Virus record (IMG/VR): IMGVR_UViG_3300046492_000237
Span: 28,690 to 92,689 of that record
Direction: 5' to 3' (one strand)
Origin: a virus
Length of the DNA stretch: 64,000 nucleotides
In this document: piece after piece, positions 1-10,884 of the stretch
Position numbering within the stretch: the stretch's first letter is position 1
Layout of the letters: every line of letters begins with the position of its first letter
Notes under the pieces: generated by a model
Database searches by the model: none
Seen by the model: the letters and a program-made list of their open reading frames with translations, nothing else
Told to the model about the DNA's origin: nothing
Position numbers and translations under genes: made by a program

Positions 1-1
1 A

Positions 2-277
2 ATGGCCCAACGAGTGAGCTTCTGGTTTCGCCACCGGTACCGCCTGCCGCCGACTGATCCGCGCTTCCTCGATATGACCCTCGAGGACATGGAAGCTGAA
101 TACTGGGCCGTCCACTACTTCGAAACGAAAGACGACAGCAGCGAGGAGTTCGAGGACGACGACTTTGATGAGGCGGCCATTCTGGCGCAGATCGAAGCCG
201 ACGCACTGGAAGCCGAAAAACGACGTGAGGCCGAGCAAGGCCCACCCGACCCGGGTGACTGGGAACCAATTGAGTAA
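2..277 (+). CDS. Tail assembly chaperone-like protein (5' end possibly truncated)
   Basis: Small acidic ORF directly upstream of the tape measure gene. Confidence 0.55.
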   Translation: MAQRVSFWFRHRYRLPPTDPRFLDMTLEDMEAEYWAVHYFETKDDSSEEFEDDDFDEAAILAQIEADALEAEKRREAEQGPPDPGDWEPIE

Positions 278-285
278 CTGATCGC

Positions 286-2898
286 ATGAGCATCAAAATC
301 CCCGTTAGCGCCGAACTGAACCAGCAGCAGATCACCGGCCAAATTGATCAGGTCCGTGACGCACTGAACAACCTCGGTCGCGATGCTCAGGGTGCTGGCA
401 AGGTCAAATTTGACCCGATCAGCAATGTCAGCCTTGAGAACGTCAAGAAGATGCGCGCCGAGTTTGACGCCATCGTCAAGATGTCTCCGGGCCTGCGAAA
501 GGCGCTCGATGCTGCCGGTCAGGGCGGAAAGTCGTTTGATGAAGTCCGCTGGGGCAAGGTCTGGACCGATGACAAGCAGCGCCGTGAGCATGCCGCAACG
601 CTGCTGCGCCGTTTGGCTCCGAAGCAGATCTATGATCGCCCAGACCCAACGGTTCCACCGGTAAACGATCGTGGCGGGCCGGGCGGTATGGCCACGCCCG
701 GAACTGGTGGGTGGCGCCGCGCGGCGCTGGGTGGCGCTGCTGGTATTGCCGGTGGTGTGGCCAGCCAGATTGGCGGGATCGGCGGCGGAATTGCTTCTGG
801 GGCGCTTGCTGGCGGTCTGGCTGGCGGTCCTATTGGTGCTGCTGTCGGCGGTTTGGCTGGCGCCATCACCAGCTTGCTTGGCGCGATCGGCGAGGCTCGC
901 GATATCGCCATCGGCTTGGATACGCTGAAACGGACGCTCGGCGACACCAACGTGTCGTTCAAGGACCTGCAAGACAGCACGCGAAGCCTTGCCGACGAAT
1001 ACAGCCTTGCTGATGCAGAAGCCTCCGCGCTAACCAAGCGCTATGCCACTCTGGCAAACTCTGGCAAGGATACAGGCGCGCTGCGCAACGAGGTAGGTGT
1101 CGGTGTCGGGTTCTCACGTTCATTCGGCCTTGACCCGGCTGCGGGCGTTGGCTTCTTTGGCCAGATGCAGGGCATGGGGATCACCCGTGGTGCTGATGAC
1201 AGCAAAAAGCTTGCGCTGCTGATCGGTGAAAGCGTCGCCAAGGCCGGTGACCTGCCGCGTCTTGGCGACGTGCTGGCCGGACTCTCTCGCTTTATGGAAG
1301 GCGCCGCGAGAACCAGCCTGACAAATCCGAACTCGGCAGCATGGCTTTCGCGCTTCGCCGGGCTGGAAAACAGCGGGCTGGCCGGTATGGATCCGACCAC
1401 CGCCGCCAGCATCATCGGCAGCATTGACGGCAGCATCCGGCAGGGTGGCATCACCGAAGCCGGCAAAAACTTCATGAATGGTGTGTTGCAGCGCGATCAG
1501 GGCCTGAACACCATCCAATCCGCAATTCAGCTCGAAGGCGGCGCGTTCGGTACCGGTCGGTCAACCTTCGGCGCAGACTCGCCTATGTCGCGCTTTTATG
1601 CGCGATTCGGCGGCGGCTCGCCGCTAAGTTCTTGGGGCGCCGATGAAAGCAACATCAGCGTGCTGCAGCGCAATCTGGTCAAGCAGTACAGCGGCAAGCC
1701 TCCGGAACTGATGCTCGATGCGTTCAAAAACACCTTCGGCACCAGTTACGGGCAGTCGGCGGCGTGGATGGCCAGTGATCCCCAGCAGAACGACAGCATG
1801 CTCAAGCGTATGCAGCGGCTCGGCATCAACTGGAAGGACGTGAACGCGACCGGCGTGTCGAAAATGAGCCAGATTGAGGCTAACGGCAGCCTGTCGGAAA
1901 TGGACAAGGACAACCAGATCCGCAAGGCTGCCGCGAACTATCAGGAGGACACCGTAGGTTCCGAGGCGCGCCGGGCGAGCATTGACGGCTCGAACGCCAT
2001 GGTTCGTCTGGCGAACGAAGGCCTGCCGATGATCAGCTCTATTCAGGCTGGCGTGCTCAAGCTGGCGGGCCTTGACGGTTTTAGTCCGCAGAAGGCTGCG
2101 CTCAAGAGCGAGCACGAACGTCGGATGTCGGAAATCGACAACGGCCCACTGGCGGCCGAGCGCGCCAAGGCCGTGCAGAACTACAAGAAAGTGGTTCCCC
2201 TGTGGAAGCAGGTCAGCGGCGTCGGTCTGAACGATGAGGAGCAGCAGGCGAAGGATTGGCTCGACAACGCCAACAGCAATATTTCTGCGGCGCGCGAAGC
2301 AGAGGACGCCAAGTACAACAGCGGTCTGGATGTTCTGAACACCAACCCAAGTCCGGGGATCTCCTCGGCAGCAGTTAAGCCGACCGAGGATCTGCTGGCG
2401 CGCGCTGCTGAGTCCGACAAAAAGGCTGGGCTGCCACCGGGCACCACCGCTGCGCTCATGATGCAGGAAAGCGGTTTCAACTCGCAGGCTGTGAGCTCTG
2501 CTGGCGCACTCGGCATGCACCAGATCATGCCGTCGAACATCAAGACGCTATCCAACCGTGCCGGGCGCAATCTGGACCCGACCAACACCGCCGATTCGTT
2601 CTACATGTACGACGAGTTGATGGCTGAACGCAAACGCAAGTACGGCAGCGATACCGACAAGATGTTGCGCAGCTATCACGGCGGCTATGACGAAACCGAG
2701 TGGGGCAAAATCAATGCCGACTACATCCCGGCGATCGAGCGGCGCAAGCGTGAACTTGCAAAAAGCGGCGCCGGTACATCCGTGTCGCACAAGGTTGAGG
2801 TTGATGTCACCATGCGCGACCAGTCGGGCAACCCTATGAATAACGCCGCCATTAACACAACGGTCGGCAAACCAGTCGTCAGCGGGGCTGCTGAATAA
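286..2898 (+). CDS. Tape measure protein with C-terminal lytic transglycosylase (SLT) domain
   Basis: 870 aa, Ala/Gly-rich with hydrophobic GGxxG stretch; C-terminal MQESGFN..AVSSAGALGMHQIMP..SYHGG SLT motifs; precedes baseplate genes. Confidence 0.9.
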   Translation: MSIKIPVSAELNQQQITGQIDQVRDALNNLGRDAQGAGKVKFDPISNVSLENVKKMRAEFDAIVKMSPGLRKALDAAGQGGKSFDEVRWGKVWTDDKQRREHAATLLRRLAPKQIYDRPDPTVPPVNDRGGPGGMATPGTGGWRRAALGGAAGIAGGVASQIGGIGGGIASGALAGGLAGGPIGAAVGGLAGAITSLLGAIGEARDIAIGLDTLKRTLGDTNVSFKDLQDSTRSLADEYSLADAEASALTKRYATLANSGKDTGALRNEVGVGVGFSRSFGLDPAAGVGFFGQMQGMGITRGADDSKKLALLIGESVAKAGDLPRLGDVLAGLSRFMEGAARTSLTNPNSAAWLSRFAGLENSGLAGMDPTTAASIIGSIDGSIRQGGITEAGKNFMNGVLQRDQGLNTIQSAIQLEGGAFGTGRSTFGADSPMSRFYARFGGGSPLSSWGADESNISVLQRNLVKQYSGKPPELMLDAFKNTFGTSYGQSAAWMASDPQQNDSMLKRMQRLGINWKDVNATGVSKMSQIEANGSLSEMDKDNQIRKAAANYQEDTVGSEARRASIDGSNAMVRLANEGLPMISSIQAGVLKLAGLDGFSPQKAALKSEHERRMSEIDNGPLAAERAKAVQNYKKVVPLWKQVSGVGLNDEEQQAKDWLDNANSNISAAREAEDAKYNSGLDVLNTNPSPGISSAAVKPTEDLLARAAESDKKAGLPPGTTAALMMQESGFNSQAVSSAGALGMHQIMPSNIKTLSNRAGRNLDPTNTADSFYMYDELMAERKRKYGSDTDKMLRSYHGGYDETEWGKINADYIPAIERRKRELAKSGAGTSVSHKVEVDVTMRDQSGNPMNNAAINTTVGKPVVSGAAE

Positions 2899-4406
2899 TG
2901 GATATCAAGGTTCACCTACCGCGCTATCAGGTGCTGGTCACGAAAACGGTAAAGCGCAAGACCGTGGACGGTTACATGCCTACTTCTGCGCGCTTTCAGG
3001 GCACACCGGATGCGATCGACCTCGCGCCGTGGCTTGGCGATGGGTCGTCGATATCGACGGTCAAGGGCATCAATCAGGCCGCCGGTGGATTCTCCATCAC
3101 TGTCCCTGACATGCCGATCACCACCACAACCGGCGGCCTCGATACGCTATACGGCGTAATTGAGCCGATGGACCTTGTTCAGATCAAGGTTCAGCACTCG
3201 CCGTCGACGTGGGCCGGGAATAAGGCCCCGGTGATCATGCGCGGGTTCGTCTCGAAGGTCAGCCGGCAGGAAGGGATGTCGCCTGATGGTAAGCCTGGGC
3301 GATTCGTCACCATCAACGGGCAGGACTACGGGAAGATCTGGCAGATCATTCAGATTTTCTACGGGCCATCGTACATCTTTGGCGAAGACATCCTGTCGGC
3401 ATTCAAGTTGATGGATAAGTTCGGCGCGGGCTTCAAAAACGCCATGAGCAACGTCGAGTTCCTGCAAACGGCCATCGACAAGATCATCAACCCGTTCCTG
3501 CAACGCCTTCTGCCAGAGGGCAGCGGGTTCCCGCTGATCACACTGAACACCGACCACGTCGTCGAGGGTGCGGTCGGTATCGCCGGGATCCAGTCAGCTG
3601 AGGGCACGATCTACCAGCTGATGCGCAATTATCTGGACGTCGGCCCATTCAACGAGCTGTTTCTCGCTGATGATGATGCTGGTGTCCACTGCATCTATCG
3701 GCAGAACCCGGCGATCGGGCTGGATGGCTATCCGCTCGCGCCAGATGTTACAGATGCACCGGCGGCGGATCCGCTGATCGTTCCGGACGCCAACACCCTG
3801 AACATCATCGACATCCCTGCCGAGGACGTGATTGCGCTGGATGTGTCCCGCTCCGATGAGGGCGTGGGGAACTATTACTGGGTGTCGGCTCCGGGGTTCA
3901 GCCTGAACAGTGACACCCTGCAGCGCCAGATGGGTTACAGCAGCGCGGAACGGGCGACCATTGACCTGTCGGAGTACCCGAACAGCGCATCGGCACTGTA
4001 CGGTACCCGGCTGATGTGGATCGACACCAAGCTGGGCGGCCCTGCGGTCACCAACACAAAATCGGGATTGACCGAGCCAGAGCAAGAGCAGCGGGACGGC
4101 AATCTCTTTGACTGGCTGCGCACTCGCCGTGAGTTTCTGGTGGCGCAGAACCGCGACAACAGCATTCTCGAAAGCGGCACGTTGCGCATGCGTGGAAACG
4201 AGAACATCCGCGCCGGGAACTATGTCCGGGTGCTGCGTGGCAACTTTTCATCGGTGTTCTATGTGACCTCGGTTTCGCACAACATCCTGCCATTGCGAGG
4301 CTTTTACAGCACGCTGACCCTGTCGCGCGGCACCGGGTTTGCCAACCGTGTGCGCATGGCTGGCGGCGTCGATTCTCCTTATCTCAGCGAGCTGACCGGT
4401 CTATGA
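2898..4406 (+). CDS. Baseplate hub protein
   Basis: Lies between tape measure and spike; hub-like C-terminus (GNENIRAGNYV..FYVTSVSH..STLTLSRG). Confidence 0.7.
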   Translation: MDIKVHLPRYQVLVTKTVKRKTVDGYMPTSARFQGTPDAIDLAPWLGDGSSISTVKGINQAAGGFSITVPDMPITTTTGGLDTLYGVIEPMDLVQIKVQHSPSTWAGNKAPVIMRGFVSKVSRQEGMSPDGKPGRFVTINGQDYGKIWQIIQIFYGPSYIFGEDILSAFKLMDKFGAGFKNAMSNVEFLQTAIDKIINPFLQRLLPEGSGFPLITLNTDHVVEGAVGIAGIQSAEGTIYQLMRNYLDVGPFNELFLADDDAGVHCIYRQNPAIGLDGYPLAPDVTDAPAADPLIVPDANTLNIIDIPAEDVIALDVSRSDEGVGNYYWVSAPGFSLNSDTLQRQMGYSSAERATIDLSEYPNSASALYGTRLMWIDTKLGGPAVTNTKSGLTEPEQEQRDGNLFDWLRTRREFLVAQNRDNSILESGTLRMRGNENIRAGNYVRVLRGNFSSVFYVTSVSHNILPLRGFYSTLTLSRGTGFANRVRMAGGVDSPYLSELTGL

Positions 4407-5170
4407 GCACGAAAACACGCGGTAAGGTAGTTGCGATTCACCCTGAGGACCATTCGTGCGATGTCCGCCTTCTGCGCGACGGCTGTCTGCTGGCGGGCCT
4501 TCAAATTCTGTCGCAATCGGCCAGCACCAACACCGGCCTCAACGATCTGGCCGTGCCGACTACGCCGCCGGACAATCAATGGACCCAACGCACCGATCGG
4601 GACATCATCGCCATCGTGGACTGGTGCGATGGCGTGCCCTACGTTGAGGGTTTCCTATTTCCGCAAATTTGCCAGATGACGTTCAAGGAGCAGAACCGGA
4701 AGATCGATCGTCACGCCTCGGACTTCTATCACACGGTTGATGCGGCCGGTAACGCGGAGTGGTATCACCCGAGCGGAACCTATCTGCGGATGGGCGAGAA
4801 TCCGGCGCATGAGGATCTGACCGGCAAGGACGCCGACAAGAAGTGGGCAATCACCAAGAACACCGCGCGCGCTCCGCATGTGCGGCTGGTGGTGGCCAGT
4901 GGTGGTGCTGCGGCACTCACGATCAATGCTGATCCGGCGGGCAACCTGACCATCACCAGCGCTGCGGGAACGGCCACGCTGGTGTTCCCCGGCGGTACGA
5001 CCATTGATACGCCGCTGACCACTATGACCGGCGACCTAAAAGTTGATGGAAACATCAAGGCAGATGGCGAGATCGAGGACCACACCCGCTCGATGCAAGG
5101 CGACCGCGAGATCTACAACGTCCATACCCACCCGGCTAACGCCACTCAGGCGCCGAACCAACAGATGTAA
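4403..5170 (+). CDS. Baseplate central spike (gpV/gp45-like)
   Basis: N-terminal OB-fold-like region, beta-helix repeats and terminal NVHTH metal-binding motif. Confidence 0.85.
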   Translation: MSTKTRGKVVAIHPEDHSCDVRLLRDGCLLAGLQILSQSASTNTGLNDLAVPTTPPDNQWTQRTDRDIIAIVDWCDGVPYVEGFLFPQICQMTFKEQNRKIDRHASDFYHTVDAAGNAEWYHPSGTYLRMGENPAHEDLTGKDADKKWAITKNTARAPHVRLVVASGGAAALTINADPAGNLTITSAAGTATLVFPGGTTIDTPLTTMTGDLKVDGNIKADGEIEDHTRSMQGDREIYNVHTHPANATQAPNQQM

Positions 5171-5174
5171 ATCC

Positions 5175-5190
5175 GTCGTGACGCCATTAT
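5175..5190 (+). promoter_or_regulatory. Putative late promoter GTCGTGAC-GC-CATTAT (leaderless)
   Basis: Copy of the GTCGTGAY-NN-xAxxxT motif; ATG begins 7 nt after the hexamer, with no Shine-Dalgarno. Confidence 0.6.
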
Positions 5191-5196
5191 GGCGTC

Positions 5197-6351
5197 ATGG
5201 ACCTATCTACGCCCGCATCGCAGAAAGCAGACGAGTGCCCCATTACTTTTGTGATGGAGGACGAGTCTGCCGGTACGTCTGACGAATTGACCCTTTTGAT
5301 CCGCCCAGAGGAGCTGTCCATCGGCTTCCCTAGTCGCCTGTCCGTCAATCAGACGCTGGGTGGCGGCTGGGCTGATAGCTTCGGTGAGGGGATCGAAGAA
5401 GGCACCTACTCCGGCACCTTGGGATGGCGCGCTACCAGCTCGGACAGTGGTGGCGGTGAACGTCTGGCCAAGATGAAAGAGTTTACTTACAGCGACTGGC
5501 ATGCACGTCGTTCTGCCGCCGTGGTGAAGGGTGATGACCCTAGCATGGTCCGGCTGATTCTGGTCGACACGCTGAACAATTACTCCCGCGTCATCGCTCC
5601 TCGGATCTTCGAGCTGAAACGCAGCAAGAGCCGTCCGTTGCTGTGCCAGTACCGGTTCAATTTTGTGATGCTGTCGAAGGATGTTACCCGACAAGACCTG
5701 CTTATGTCCGACACCGGATTCGGCAGCATCCTCGGCACGATAGGCGCGTGGATCGACAGCTTTACCGCGTCGATCAACAACATCACCGATCGCATCCGCG
5801 AGGCGTACAAGTGGATCGATAAAACGATCATCGCGCCGATCAAGAAATTCGTTGCAACCACCATGCGACTGTACACGGCTGTGAAAAATCTGGTGACTGC
5901 GGGCGTCGGCATCATTCGCCAAGTCGGCAGCATTGCGACATTGGCGACTCAGGCGATCACCAACGTGCTGCGCGCGGCGGCGATCGTGGTGAATATCCCG
6001 AACATCGGCAAGGCGGCGATCATGAACGTGGTCCGCGAGTACACGAACCTGTTCTGCCTGCTGAAAAATGCCAAGAAGGTGCTTGATTACGAGGACTACT
6101 CGGACATCTACGGCGCATCTAACTGTTCGTCAACCGGCGGCGGTCGTTCGATCTCGGTCTATTCCGGATCGACCAACAACACCTTCGCCGCCGTGGCCAA
6201 GGAGACGCCATCTCCGGTGCTTGTGACTCAGGCCGCCTCGACCAGCATGAAGACGATCGCCAGCACTGATCTGGTGACCACGCCACTGCCGGCCGCCGTT
6301 ATCGCCAGCAACCTCAACGTGATCAACTCCGGCCTGTCGGTGACCACATGA
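5197..6351 (+). CDS. Tail/baseplate structural protein (tube-initiator-like)
   Basis: Inside the baseplate cluster; LLIRPEELSI..RLSVNQTLGGGWAD-type N-terminus. Confidence 0.5.
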   Translation: MDLSTPASQKADECPITFVMEDESAGTSDELTLLIRPEELSIGFPSRLSVNQTLGGGWADSFGEGIEEGTYSGTLGWRATSSDSGGGERLAKMKEFTYSDWHARRSAAVVKGDDPSMVRLILVDTLNNYSRVIAPRIFELKRSKSRPLLCQYRFNFVMLSKDVTRQDLLMSDTGFGSILGTIGAWIDSFTASINNITDRIREAYKWIDKTIIAPIKKFVATTMRLYTAVKNLVTAGVGIIRQVGSIATLATQAITNVLRAAAIVVNIPNIGKAAIMNVVREYTNLFCLLKNAKKVLDYEDYSDIYGASNCSSTGGGRSISVYSGSTNNTFAAVAKETPSPVLVTQAASTSMKTIASTDLVTTPLPAAVIASNLNVINSGLSVTT

Positions 6352-6971
6352 CCGACTTCACCAAGCAGTATTCGGGCTATCGGTTCGTCAATACCCAGCG
6401 CGGCGATACGCTGCAGATGGTGGCGTTTCGCGAACTCGGCAGCGCAAATGACTGGGCGAAGCTGGCATGGTTCAACAGCCTGCTTCCGCCGTTCATTACC
6501 GATGATCCTGAGCTGGCGGGCGATCGCGTCCTGCTGTCCGGTCAGCAGATCAAAATCCCATCGACCGTGGCTGAGTCAGAGTCATCGACAAGCGATGTCG
6601 ACAATGTCCTGCTCACCGACTGCCGCCTGCGCAATGGGCGCCTTTCGGTTGATTTGGAAACTGGTGACTTCGAGGTCGTGTCGGGACGCGACAATCTCAA
6701 ACAGGCCATCACGTTCCGGATCGTCACCGACCCGGGCGAGCTGATTTTTCACCCGGCATATGGGTGCAAGATCAGTCGGCGCCGTGGCACCAAGAATGCG
6801 GCCGTGGCCACTCTCTTGGGCCGTATGGACCTTCAAGACGCGCTGGTTCAGGAGACTCGCCTGCGCCGGATCAACAGTATTACCACCACCAGCAGCGGCG
6901 ATGTTTTGTCGGGATCCGTCGACGTCACGCCGATTACTGGCGACTCAGTGAAAGTGGATGTGAGCGTATAA
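6348..6971 (+). CDS. LysM-like plus gp25/GPW-like baseplate protein
   Basis: TQRGDTLQ..W..LA..N LysM-like N-terminus; GRDNLKQAI..GELIFHPAYG gp25-like C-terminus. Confidence 0.75.
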   Translation: MTDFTKQYSGYRFVNTQRGDTLQMVAFRELGSANDWAKLAWFNSLLPPFITDDPELAGDRVLLSGQQIKIPSTVAESESSTSDVDNVLLTDCRLRNGRLSVDLETGDFEVVSGRDNLKQAITFRIVTDPGELIFHPAYGCKISRRRGTKNAAVATLLGRMDLQDALVQETRLRRINSITTTSSGDVLSGSVDVTPITGDSVKVDVSV

Positions 6972-8087
6972 ATGGCCTTTCAGGTAAAAGACTTCGTTTC
7001 GATTACCGCATCCATGATCAACTGGATGCGGGCGACTACCCGCCGGGTCAGCGATTACAATATCGGCTCGGTCGTTCGAACCATGCTCGAGGCCGTAGCG
7101 GCTGAAATCGATGAGCTGTATCAGCAGTTTTTCATCGGCGTCAAAGAAGCGATCCCGGTCTCGGTCTATAACTCTTTCAGCTTCGAAAAGCTGGCCGCCA
7201 TCAGCGCAAACGGACTTATCCGCGTCACCCTCACGCCGTCGGATACTGCCGGGCTGATCTCTGCGGGCACCACCTTCTCTGCTACTGGACTCCCGACCAC
7301 TTACACGTCGCTGACGGATGTCGTCGTAGGCATTGGTATGTCGTTTGTGGATGTATCGGTCAAGGCTGATGCTGCCGGCTCGATCGGCAATATCTCGGCG
7401 CTGCAAGAGTTCACGCTGAACCCGGCGCCGGACAACTTCGTCAGCGCGACCAACCTGAGCGGCTTTGCTTCGGGCGTCGATGCTGAAACTGATGATGAGC
7501 GGAAAATCCGTTTCGCCGCTTACATCGCATCGATCAGCCGATCGACAAATGCTGCGCTGCGTTACGGCATGAGTACCGCAACGCTGGTTGACTCCGATGG
7601 CAACATCACAGAGCGCGTGGCTACTGCGATCACCGTCGAGCCATACCTCGATGACTCGAACCAGCCGATCGCCAAAGTCGATTGCTACATCCATAACGGG
7701 GTTGGCGGGACTTCCACCGCGCTGCTGGCGAGAACCACCGAGATTGTCGATGGATATTACGACGCGAATGGTGTGGCCGTGGCCGGCTACAAAGCCGCAG
7801 GGATCAAAACCACGGTGTTCATCGCCGCCGAGGAGTTGGTCAGCGTCACCGGTGAACTTGTCCCTGAAGCTGGCTTCGATGAACCGACCCTGATCACCAA
7901 TGCCACGACCACGGTCTATGCCTACCTGCAAAACCTGCCGATCGGGGGAACGGCCGTCCTCGCCGAGATCATTTACCTGATCAAGGATATCGATGGGGTT
8001 TACGACTTCCAGCCATCCTTGCCAGCGGCAAACGTCACCGTTGATAAAACCAAGAAGCTGATGCCCGGGAGTATCAACATCACATGA
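6972..8087 (+). CDS. Baseplate J/gp47 wedge protein
   Basis: DYNIGSVVRTMLEA and GVDAETDDE motifs typical of baseplate J. Confidence 0.9.
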   Translation: MAFQVKDFVSITASMINWMRATTRRVSDYNIGSVVRTMLEAVAAEIDELYQQFFIGVKEAIPVSVYNSFSFEKLAAISANGLIRVTLTPSDTAGLISAGTTFSATGLPTTYTSLTDVVVGIGMSFVDVSVKADAAGSIGNISALQEFTLNPAPDNFVSATNLSGFASGVDAETDDERKIRFAAYIASISRSTNAALRYGMSTATLVDSDGNITERVATAITVEPYLDDSNQPIAKVDCYIHNGVGGTSTALLARTTEIVDGYYDANGVAVAGYKAAGIKTTVFIAAEELVSVTGELVPEAGFDEPTLITNATTTVYAYLQNLPIGGTAVLAEIIYLIKDIDGVYDFQPSLPAANVTVDKTKKLMPGSINIT

Positions 8088-10366
8088 ATCTGGTTCAGAA
8101 ACTCCTCGGCCTGTTGCACCGCGTTTTTGATCCGGACCCTGAACAGTTTCTGGCTCTGACTTTCCAATACGACGGCGGCATGGTTTGGACCGTAGCAGAT
8201 AACGTCCTGACTACTGCCGTGTCCGGCGGAACCGGCCAAAATCTGTCGATCAACTTGGTCGATTACACGATCAGCGGCCTGATCAACTTTATTGCCCAGC
8301 AAGACGGCTACACGGTGACCACCAACGCCGCGCCGGACAAGCTCGCCCTTTCCGCGCGCACACTCATCGACGGCAGCAAAAACCAGTTTGCGTCCAATGG
8401 CGATCATCTTTACGCGTATGCCAGCCTGATCTGGGTGTTCATGAGCGCTGTCGCCAGCGAATTGCGTGCGGCCGGCGCGCAGATCCCGCAGGCAATCCGC
8501 CAGATGACCGTGACCGAAGCTTCGGATGACTGGATCGATGAGCTGGGCGGCTATTACGGCGTAAAGCGCCAGCAAGGCGAATCCGATGCCAGCTACGGCC
8601 CACGCATCATTGCCGAAGTCGTGCGCCCCCGCTGCAACAACATCGCCATGGAAGCAGCCATCTCGCTTTACACCGGCCAGAGCACCAAGGTGACCGACGT
8701 TGTCATCTACGGCGCCAGCTTCCCGAAGTATGACAGCACAATTTTCCGCGACAGCATGTATCAGTACCAGTCGGTATCGGCCCCCCAATACGGGCTGTTC
8801 GACGTCGAGTACGGATATGACCTGCTGGGCGGCGATGACATCACCGACTTCGCGGCAAGGGTGCGCGGCATCATCGACACGCTGCGCGCTGCGGGTACTC
8901 ACCTGCGATCGCTGGTGCTGAAGGCTGGTTCGTTCAGCGACACGCTGACGCCGCCGGTTGATGAGGCCATGCCGCTGCGCGTGACCTTCAATCATGCCGA
9001 TACCCTGACCGCGCCGAATGATGACCTGTTCACGTTTGACGCGGCTCTGGGCGCATTCAACGATACGGCCGCCGCTGGTACTGAAAGCGAATTCAACGCG
9101 ATCCACTACAACCAGCGGTACAACAGCGTTCGGACGCGAAACAGCGCGATCAACTTCGCTGGCGGCACCGTTGAAACATTCCCGGTTCTGGCGAAAGAGT
9201 GGCTGTTCACCACCGGCACGCTTCCTGCCGACGTCAGTTTCGCGCGCGCAAGCGTTGGCGCTCGATTCAACGCGCAAGGCGTGCTTGAGTTCGTGGGCGC
9301 AGATCTCCCGCGCTTTGACTACGACCCGTACACCAGAACCACGCGTGGCCTGATGATCGAGGAGGCCCGTACCAACCTGCTTCCATATTCCAGCGACTTC
9401 ACCAACGCCGCGTGGGGTAAGACCGCCTGCGCTGCATCTGTCAGCACCATGAATGGGCCTGACAACGCCACCGCCGCGTCGCTGATCGTACCGAACACCA
9501 GCAACACCACGCACCTCGTTGGGTCCGCCGCGATCGCGGTAACCGCATCGAAAGCCTACACCGAATCGATCTTTGTGAAAGCCGCAGGCTACACGCAAGT
9601 TCGCCTGCTGATGGCTGACAACATTGGCCAGCTGATCGACACGGTATTCGACACGGCAACTGGGACGGTAATCGCCGGCAGCACGGCAGCTGTCATCACG
9701 CGAATGGCGAATGGCTGGTACCGCGTAGCGCTGACAGCGACCACCAACGTCGGCGCATCGACGCTGAACCTGCAGGCATGGGTCTATTCCGCCGGGACCG
9801 GGACTTTCGCCGGCAACGGGACGTCTGGCCTGTACCTGTGGCATGCACAGATGGAGCTCGGCGGGTTTGTCACTACACCGATCGTTACCGCAGGATCCGC
9901 TGCAACTCGCGCGGCAGACCTGCCAACGATCGCCAGTGTGCTGCCGTGGTACAACGCATCGGTGGGCACCTTTATCGTCCATGCCACCGACCGCATGCCT
10001 TCGACCGCCAACGGTTACACCCTTTCGATCGGCAGTGACAGCTCGAACTACATGGCGTTTGGTCAGGTCACCACCGCCGGGCCGACTGGCACCGCTGCCT
10101 TTATCAAGGCGGGTTCCGGGCTGGTGGGGCCAGACCTGTTCAACCGCAGCAAAATGGCGCTCGCGTGGAACGTATCCGCTGTGAGTCAGGCAGCGGACGG
10201 TGTAGCGCTTGGCGGTGCCACGCACAGCGGAATCCCGGTCGTCAGCAGCATCTGGCTGGGTCGCGGGCACTCAGGAGGCCCGACGGTTACCTGCTACATC
10301 CGCAAGATGACGTATTGGGCGGCGCGCTTCCCCGACGGAACCCTGAAAATCATGACCGAGGCCTGA
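8084..10366 (+). CDS. Baseplate wedge (gpI-like) fused to fibre/carbohydrate-binding domains
   Basis: WIDELGGYYGVKR..ESDASY..RII wedge motif; C-terminal PRFDYDP..GLMIEEARTNLL and lectin-like beta-rich region. Confidence 0.7.
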   Translation: MNLVQKLLGLLHRVFDPDPEQFLALTFQYDGGMVWTVADNVLTTAVSGGTGQNLSINLVDYTISGLINFIAQQDGYTVTTNAAPDKLALSARTLIDGSKNQFASNGDHLYAYASLIWVFMSAVASELRAAGAQIPQAIRQMTVTEASDDWIDELGGYYGVKRQQGESDASYGPRIIAEVVRPRCNNIAMEAAISLYTGQSTKVTDVVIYGASFPKYDSTIFRDSMYQYQSVSAPQYGLFDVEYGYDLLGGDDITDFAARVRGIIDTLRAAGTHLRSLVLKAGSFSDTLTPPVDEAMPLRVTFNHADTLTAPNDDLFTFDAALGAFNDTAAAGTESEFNAIHYNQRYNSVRTRNSAINFAGGTVETFPVLAKEWLFTTGTLPADVSFARASVGARFNAQGVLEFVGADLPRFDYDPYTRTTRGLMIEEARTNLLPYSSDFTNAAWGKTACAASVSTMNGPDNATAASLIVPNTSNTTHLVGSAAIAVTASKAYTESIFVKAAGYTQVRLLMADNIGQLIDTVFDTATGTVIAGSTAAVITRMANGWYRVALTATTNVGASTLNLQAWVYSAGTGTFAGNGTSGLYLWHAQMELGGFVTTPIVTAGSAATRAADLPTIASVLPWYNASVGTFIVHATDRMPSTANGYTLSIGSDSSNYMAFGQVTTAGPTGTAAFIKAGSGLVGPDLFNRSKMALAWNVSAVSQAADGVALGGATHSGIPVVSSIWLGRGHSGGPTVTCYIRKMTYWAARFPDGTLKIMTEA

Positions 10367-10377
10367 CAAGGCTTCGC

Positions 10378-10393
10378 GTCGTGACAACAGACT
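10378..10393 (+). promoter_or_regulatory. Putative late promoter GTCGTGAC-AA-CAGACT
   Basis: Intergenic motif copy upstream of the fibre genes. Confidence 0.55.
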
Positions 10394-10417
10394 GCGCGTA
10401 ACGCACGGAGAACCTAC

Positions 10418-10873
10418 ATGACCGGCTTCAACCTAAAAGACCATTACGATAAGGCGCCAAGCGGCCTGTTTCTGCTGAAGGTTTACCGCGCTGGCGAACT
10501 GATCGAGGTCTTTGAAGAAAAGAACCTGATTGTTGACCTGTCCAAGCAAATCCACGCAAAGCTGCTCGGCGGCGCAGTGGCAAACCAGTCTGTAACCCAG
10601 ATCGGCTTTGGCACCAACAACACGGCGCCTGCCGTGGGTAACACCTCGTTGACCAGCCCGTATCTGAAGGCCTTGGACAGCGTGACCTATCCGCTGACGA
10701 ATCAGGTGTCTTTCAACTTCTCGCTGGGCACCACCGAAAACAACGGCGTCAACATCGGTGAATTCGGCCTGTTCACCGCAGGCGGCACTTTGTACGCCCG
10801 CAAAACGCGCACCACTGTTCTTCCAAAAGCGTCCGACCTTTCGTTCGCGGGCTCTTGGATCATTTCTTTCTGA
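10418..10873 (+). CDS. Tail fibre-collar-like structural protein
   Basis: IGFGT..P..NTSL and IGEFGLFT..LYARK motifs. Confidence 0.65.
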   Translation: MTGFNLKDHYDKAPSGLFLLKVYRAGELIEVFEEKNLIVDLSKQIHAKLLGGAVANQSVTQIGFGTNNTAPAVGNTSLTSPYLKALDSVTYPLTNQVSFNFSLGTTENNGVNIGEFGLFTAGGTLYARKTRTTVLPKASDLSFAGSWIISF

Positions 10874-10884
10874 GGCCCTGATTA

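Noticed and set aside
5179-5197. Palindrome TGACGCCAT-T-ATGGCGTCA as a separate operator
   Set aside because: Seen only once and overlaps the late-promoter motif and start codon; no second copy supports it
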